From: a virus
Lineage: Duplodnaviria; Heunggongvirae; Uroviricota; Caudoviricetes
Length of the DNA: 37,572 nucleotides
IMG/VR virus record: IMGVR_UViG_3300028887_000087
Strand: one strand, 5' to 3'
Positions 34,009-37,572 of this stretch are shown here, one piece after another (within the stretch, counting starts at the first letter, position 1; the number at the start of each line of letters is the position of its first letter). Made by a program: the position numbers and the translations under genes. The notes under the pieces are model-generated. The model was not told the DNA's origin. It was given only the letters and a program-made list of their open reading frames with translations, and did not search any database.

Positions 34009-34710
34009 ATGAACGATAAAGTTTTTCTTGAAATATTGCTTGAAACAAAAGCAAATGCAATAAGACACCATACTCACGAAGAAGCAGCTGATGCAGTTGC
34101 AAAAATCAAACAGGCAATAAAGGCTCATAGGTTTGAAATTGCAGATAGAGACAAGAACCGCGATTTTATGCACAATGAACATTTGACAAAAGAAACTTCT
34201 TGTAAGATTATTGATATGTTTCTTGAGCCTAAGAACTTAATCTGTGTATTGCCTAACAGAAACAAAGAAGGCGGAGAATTGTATTTGTTTTCTGTTTGTG
34301 TTCCTGTAAAAGATCTAAAAAAGTACATATATCTTAAATGTGAAATCTTCCCATACGGAAAAGTTGTTGCAATCAGTTGGCACGGACAAAATGAAATGAT
34401 GCACGCCGATTACAGACAGGCAACTGACAGAACAGATGAAGATGTTAGCAAGTTTATGCGCAATCTTTATAAAAACTGGGAAAGAATATACAATCGTTTT
34501 AATGACAATAAAATGGTAGATTGTTTACCTAACGGTGACGAAGACATAACAATTGTTTTCGAGCACCCAATTGAAGACACTGAAGAGTTCCGTAAAAACT
34601 TTTGCCGCACAGTCCCAAAAGATTACGGTTATAAATATAAGGACATTGAACATAATATGACAATCGAAGGTGATTGCGTAAAAGTTCATTTGCCTTTTGG
34701 AAAATTCTAA
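34009..34710 (+). CDS. MqsR-like (RelE-fold) putative endoribonuclease with a C-terminal extension
   Basis: RDKNRDFM...LYLFSV...YIYLKCEI...VVAISWH follows the MqsR-type pattern (KN...F...IYxK...ISFH). Confidence 0.55.
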   Translation: MNDKVFLEILLETKANAIRHHTHEEAADAVAKIKQAIKAHRFEIADRDKNRDFMHNEHLTKETSCKIIDMFLEPKNLICVLPNRNKEGGELYLFSVCVPVKDLKKYIYLKCEIFPYGKVVAISWHGQNEMMHADYRQATDRTDEDVSKFMRNLYKNWERIYNRFNDNKMVDCLPNGDEDITIVFEHPIEDTEEFRKNFCRTVPKDYGYKYKDIEHNMTIEGDCVKVHLPFGKF

Positions 34711-34723
34711 ATAGGAGAATGAA

Positions 34724-35236
34724 ATGAACAAGAAGTTATTTGAAGCAGTATATCGAGAGTCAAATTATGGTATGACTCAGGTTGAAACAGAAGAGCAGTT
34801 GCAAGCTTTGCTCGATGCAGGTGTTGAAGTTGAGGCACATAGCACAGGTCCTTTCGGTGAAGACGAAAACGCTGTTGTTATCGGCTTTGGTAAGATGAAA
34901 GACCTTCGTAATATGTTGGAAGTTGATGACGAAGTTCTTGAGTACGATGACTATGGCAGCATTGATGAATTCCTTGACGACAATGCAGAAGAAACAGTTA
35001 TCGTTCTTGACCAAAAAATCGGTCAGAGCAATAACAACTATTATACTCTTGATGCTTACACTGTTGCAGACCTTGACCTCTGGGCATCAATGACTGCGTT
35101 TGACAAAGTAATTCACAACAAAGAAGTTGATGTTTGTCCTAACTGCGGCAGCAACGATTTCTTCGACAAAGAGTTTGACGGCAAGATGTACAAAGGCTGC
35201 AAAAGCTGCGGTGCATTCTTCCCAAAAAAGGACTAA
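34724..35236 (+). CDS. Hypothetical acidic protein with a C-terminal zinc ribbon (paralog of the next gene)
   Basis: TEEQL...TGPFGE...IGQSNNNYY, CPNCG...CKSCG. Confidence 0.65.
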   Translation: MNKKLFEAVYRESNYGMTQVETEEQLQALLDAGVEVEAHSTGPFGEDENAVVIGFGKMKDLRNMLEVDDEVLEYDDYGSIDEFLDDNAEETVIVLDQKIGQSNNNYYTLDAYTVADLDLWASMTAFDKVIHNKEVDVCPNCGSNDFFDKEFDGKMYKGCKSCGAFFPKKD

Positions 35237-35248
35237 TAGGAGAACAAA

Positions 35249-35845
35249 ATGGATAATAAATTATTTGAGAGCATAATGAACGAAAGCCAATATGCGCCTA
35301 TTGAGCTTGAGAATCACGGCGTTCAGTTGAAGACTGAAGAAGAACTTAAGAAGGCACTTGCCGCAGATGTTGAAGTTCAGGCAATGCACACAGGTCCTTT
35401 CGGAGAAAACGAAGGTGCAGTTGTTATTTACTTCGGAAAGTTGAACAACTGTGATAAAAATTTCTTGTCATTTGACGGCGATTGGCTTAGCGAATATGAC
35501 GGCGATAAAGAAGACCTCTTGGAAGACAACGGTGAAGAAGACGTTATTGTTCTTGATAAAGCAATCGGTCAGAGCAACGGAAACTTCTATGTTCAAGACG
35601 CTTATACAATCGAAGACCGTGAACTTTTTGTTTCACAGGAAGATTATGATAAATATTGCAAAAGCTCAGAAACAAAAAAGAAGCGTATTGGCATTTATGG
35701 TTCAAATCCTCTTCCAAACGGATATGAAGGACCTTGTCCTAACTGCGGTGGAGAAGTTTTCACAGGCCACAAAGTTGATGGCAAATGGTACAGCGAATGC
35801 GTAAGATGCGGCGTTTTGTACCCACCTGAAGGAAAATATGAATAA
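35249..35845 (+). CDS. Hypothetical acidic protein with a C-terminal zinc ribbon (paralog of the previous gene)
   Basis: TEEEL...TGPFGE...IGQSNGNFY, CPNCG...CVRCG. Confidence 0.65.
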   Translation: MDNKLFESIMNESQYAPIELENHGVQLKTEEELKKALAADVEVQAMHTGPFGENEGAVVIYFGKLNNCDKNFLSFDGDWLSEYDGDKEDLLEDNGEEDVIVLDKAIGQSNGNFYVQDAYTIEDRELFVSQEDYDKYCKSSETKKKRIGIYGSNPLPNGYEGPCPNCGGEVFTGHKVDGKWYSECVRCGVLYPPEGKYE

Positions 35846-35849
35846 AAAT

Positions 35850-35885
35850 TAAACTTTTGAAAGTTTGTTTTTATATTATTATTGT
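35850..35885 (+). promoter_or_regulatory. Class I (early-type) promoter motif
   Basis: TAAACTT-N13-TTTATATTATTATTGT. Confidence 0.75.
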
Positions 35886-35979
35886 CAGGTTGCTTGACAG
35901 CCTGCTTTGAACTGAGGAAGTTCCTCAGGGGTTTCGGGTTCGGCAGTTGACCCAGGAGAGGAAGCTGCCAATTCTTTTT
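35886..35979 (+). ncRNA. Structured leader or small RNA: two hairpins plus an H-type pseudoknot
   Basis: CAGGTTG/CAGCCTG, CTGAGGA/TCCTCAG, pseudoknot GGGTT/GACCC and GGCAGTT/AGCTGCC, then TTCTTTTT. GC-rich island in AT-rich DNA. Confidence 0.5.
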
Positions 35980-35991
35980 AAGGAGTTCAAA

Positions 35992-36264
35992 TTGAGCAAA
36001 CTTGTTGATGAAATCGCTGACGTTGTTGCTGATTACGGAAACGGTGTAATGGGAGACGGTCAGTATTCAAAAATGTTTGACGAACTTCATAAAAAGTTTG
36101 GAATTGCAGGAGTCAACTTCGGTTCAGAACAAGAACTCCCTGACGGTACAATTCGTCGTGTAAGTACTTTGCAGGCTGATGACGGCTCAGATACAGGAAT
36201 TACACTCGTTGTCCTTCGCAAAGAAAGGGACTTCGGGACAGAATATACAAGTTATATTGCCTAA
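35992..36264 (+). CDS. Hypothetical protein
   Basis: An AAGGAG RBS 6 nt before the TTG at 35992 favours this start over 35947. Confidence 0.6.
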   Translation: MSKLVDEIADVVADYGNGVMGDGQYSKMFDELHKKFGIAGVNFGSEQELPDGTIRRVSTLQADDGSDTGITLVVLRKERDFGTEYTSYIA

Positions 36265-36282
36265 GAAGGCAGGAGGTATTTT

Positions 36283-36477
36283 ATGTCACATTTCAATATG
36301 CTGAAACAGATTCTTAACGACTTGGTTGCAGGCAGAGCTCTTTCTGTTGAAAACAACGGTTATAAAGCAAAACTTCTTGACAACCCTTATGTCGGAAAGA
36401 TTATCATTATTGAAAAAGATGGCAAAGTTTGGCAGCGCCGCACTGTTGATGCAGCTGCAGCAATAATGGAAGCTTAA
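36283..36477 (+). CDS. Hypothetical protein
   Basis: 64 aa, AGGAGG RBS. Confidence 0.65.
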   Translation: MSHFNMLKQILNDLVAGRALSVENNGYKAKLLDNPYVGKIIIIEKDGKVWQRRTVDAAAAIMEA

Positions 36478-36510
36478 CAACTAATTTGTTGTTAATATAA
36501 ATTAAGATAA

Positions 36511-36893
36511 GGGCCTGTACAGGTTTCGACCTACAGAGAACTTAATAACATCAAGCAGGGTGTCGACCCATATAATACGAAACAAAATAACTGCAACTAA
36601 ACGTTCAGTTTTTGCTCGTGGTTCACGCGCAGTTTTCGCTCGCGCTGCTGCCTAAGGCAAATCCTAGTTGGACTCATTGAAGACCAACTGCGACTTTCGT
36701 GATTCCGTTAGCGGAATGTTCGTATCGACCAACGGATAACCTTGCAAAGGTTTCGGTGGATGTTTTCCTTGTAAGGCGAAATAAAAACCCAGCAGTGGTT
36801 TTGGTTGTTCCCGCCCAAGATACAACCTTAAGCTTGTAAAGAAGTGTTATGCAGTTGCTGTATGGGACCCGAGTTCAATTCTCGGCAGGTCCA
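36511..36893 (+). ncRNA. ssrA: tmRNA (transfer-messenger RNA)
   Basis: 5' GGGCCTG-TACAGGTTTCGAC pairs with 3' CAGGTCC-A, including the G3:U wobble and discriminator A. T-arm CCGAG-TTCAATT-CTCGG. Resume context AAAATAACT-GCA. Tag ORF 36593-36655 ends in AAA*. CCA is not encoded. Confidence 0.92.

Positions 36894-37572
<679 letters not shown>

Noticed and set aside
35908-35945. Hammerhead or HDV-like ribozyme (CTGAGGA present on both strands)
   Set aside because: No correctly placed GAAA/stem II/III on either strand, and CTGAGGA is itself paired in a hairpin. No HDV nested double pseudoknot could be built.
522-36480. Numerous short overlapping or antisense ORFs in the six-frame track (e.g. 522..803, 2413..2799, 12048..12359, 16337..16696, 23823..24149, 32590..32892)
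   Set aside because: They are shadow frames of well-supported genes, lacking an RBS and typical composition.

Overview
This AT-rich window comes from a large T4-like (myovirus-type) bacteriophage genome read in the standard genetic code. It holds scattered morphogenesis genes: a 5'-truncated portal, the major capsid protein, a tail tube, a tube-domain/coiled-coil protein and large putative tail or baseplate proteins. Replication, recombination and nucleotide genes include a gp46/SbcC-like ATPase, DnaC-like loader, DnaB helicase, a putative SSB, a RecU-like resolvase, dCMP deaminase and kinases. There is also a T4 gp42-like dCMP hydroxymethylase, a beta-class DNA methyltransferase, a stand-alone fragment of a family A DNA polymerase, a sigma-factor-like protein, an MqsR-like putative RNase and clusters of small early-type genes. 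The window ends with a phage tmRNA followed by a ~370-nt hairpin-rich non-coding tract. That tract carries three copies of a stem plus UGGUGGA module, complementary to the tRNA-Ala/tmRNA 3' end. Three recurring promoter-like motifs can be read directly, and several genes look leaderless. All protein calls rest on motif recognition from memory, not database searches. The host cannot be assigned with confidence.
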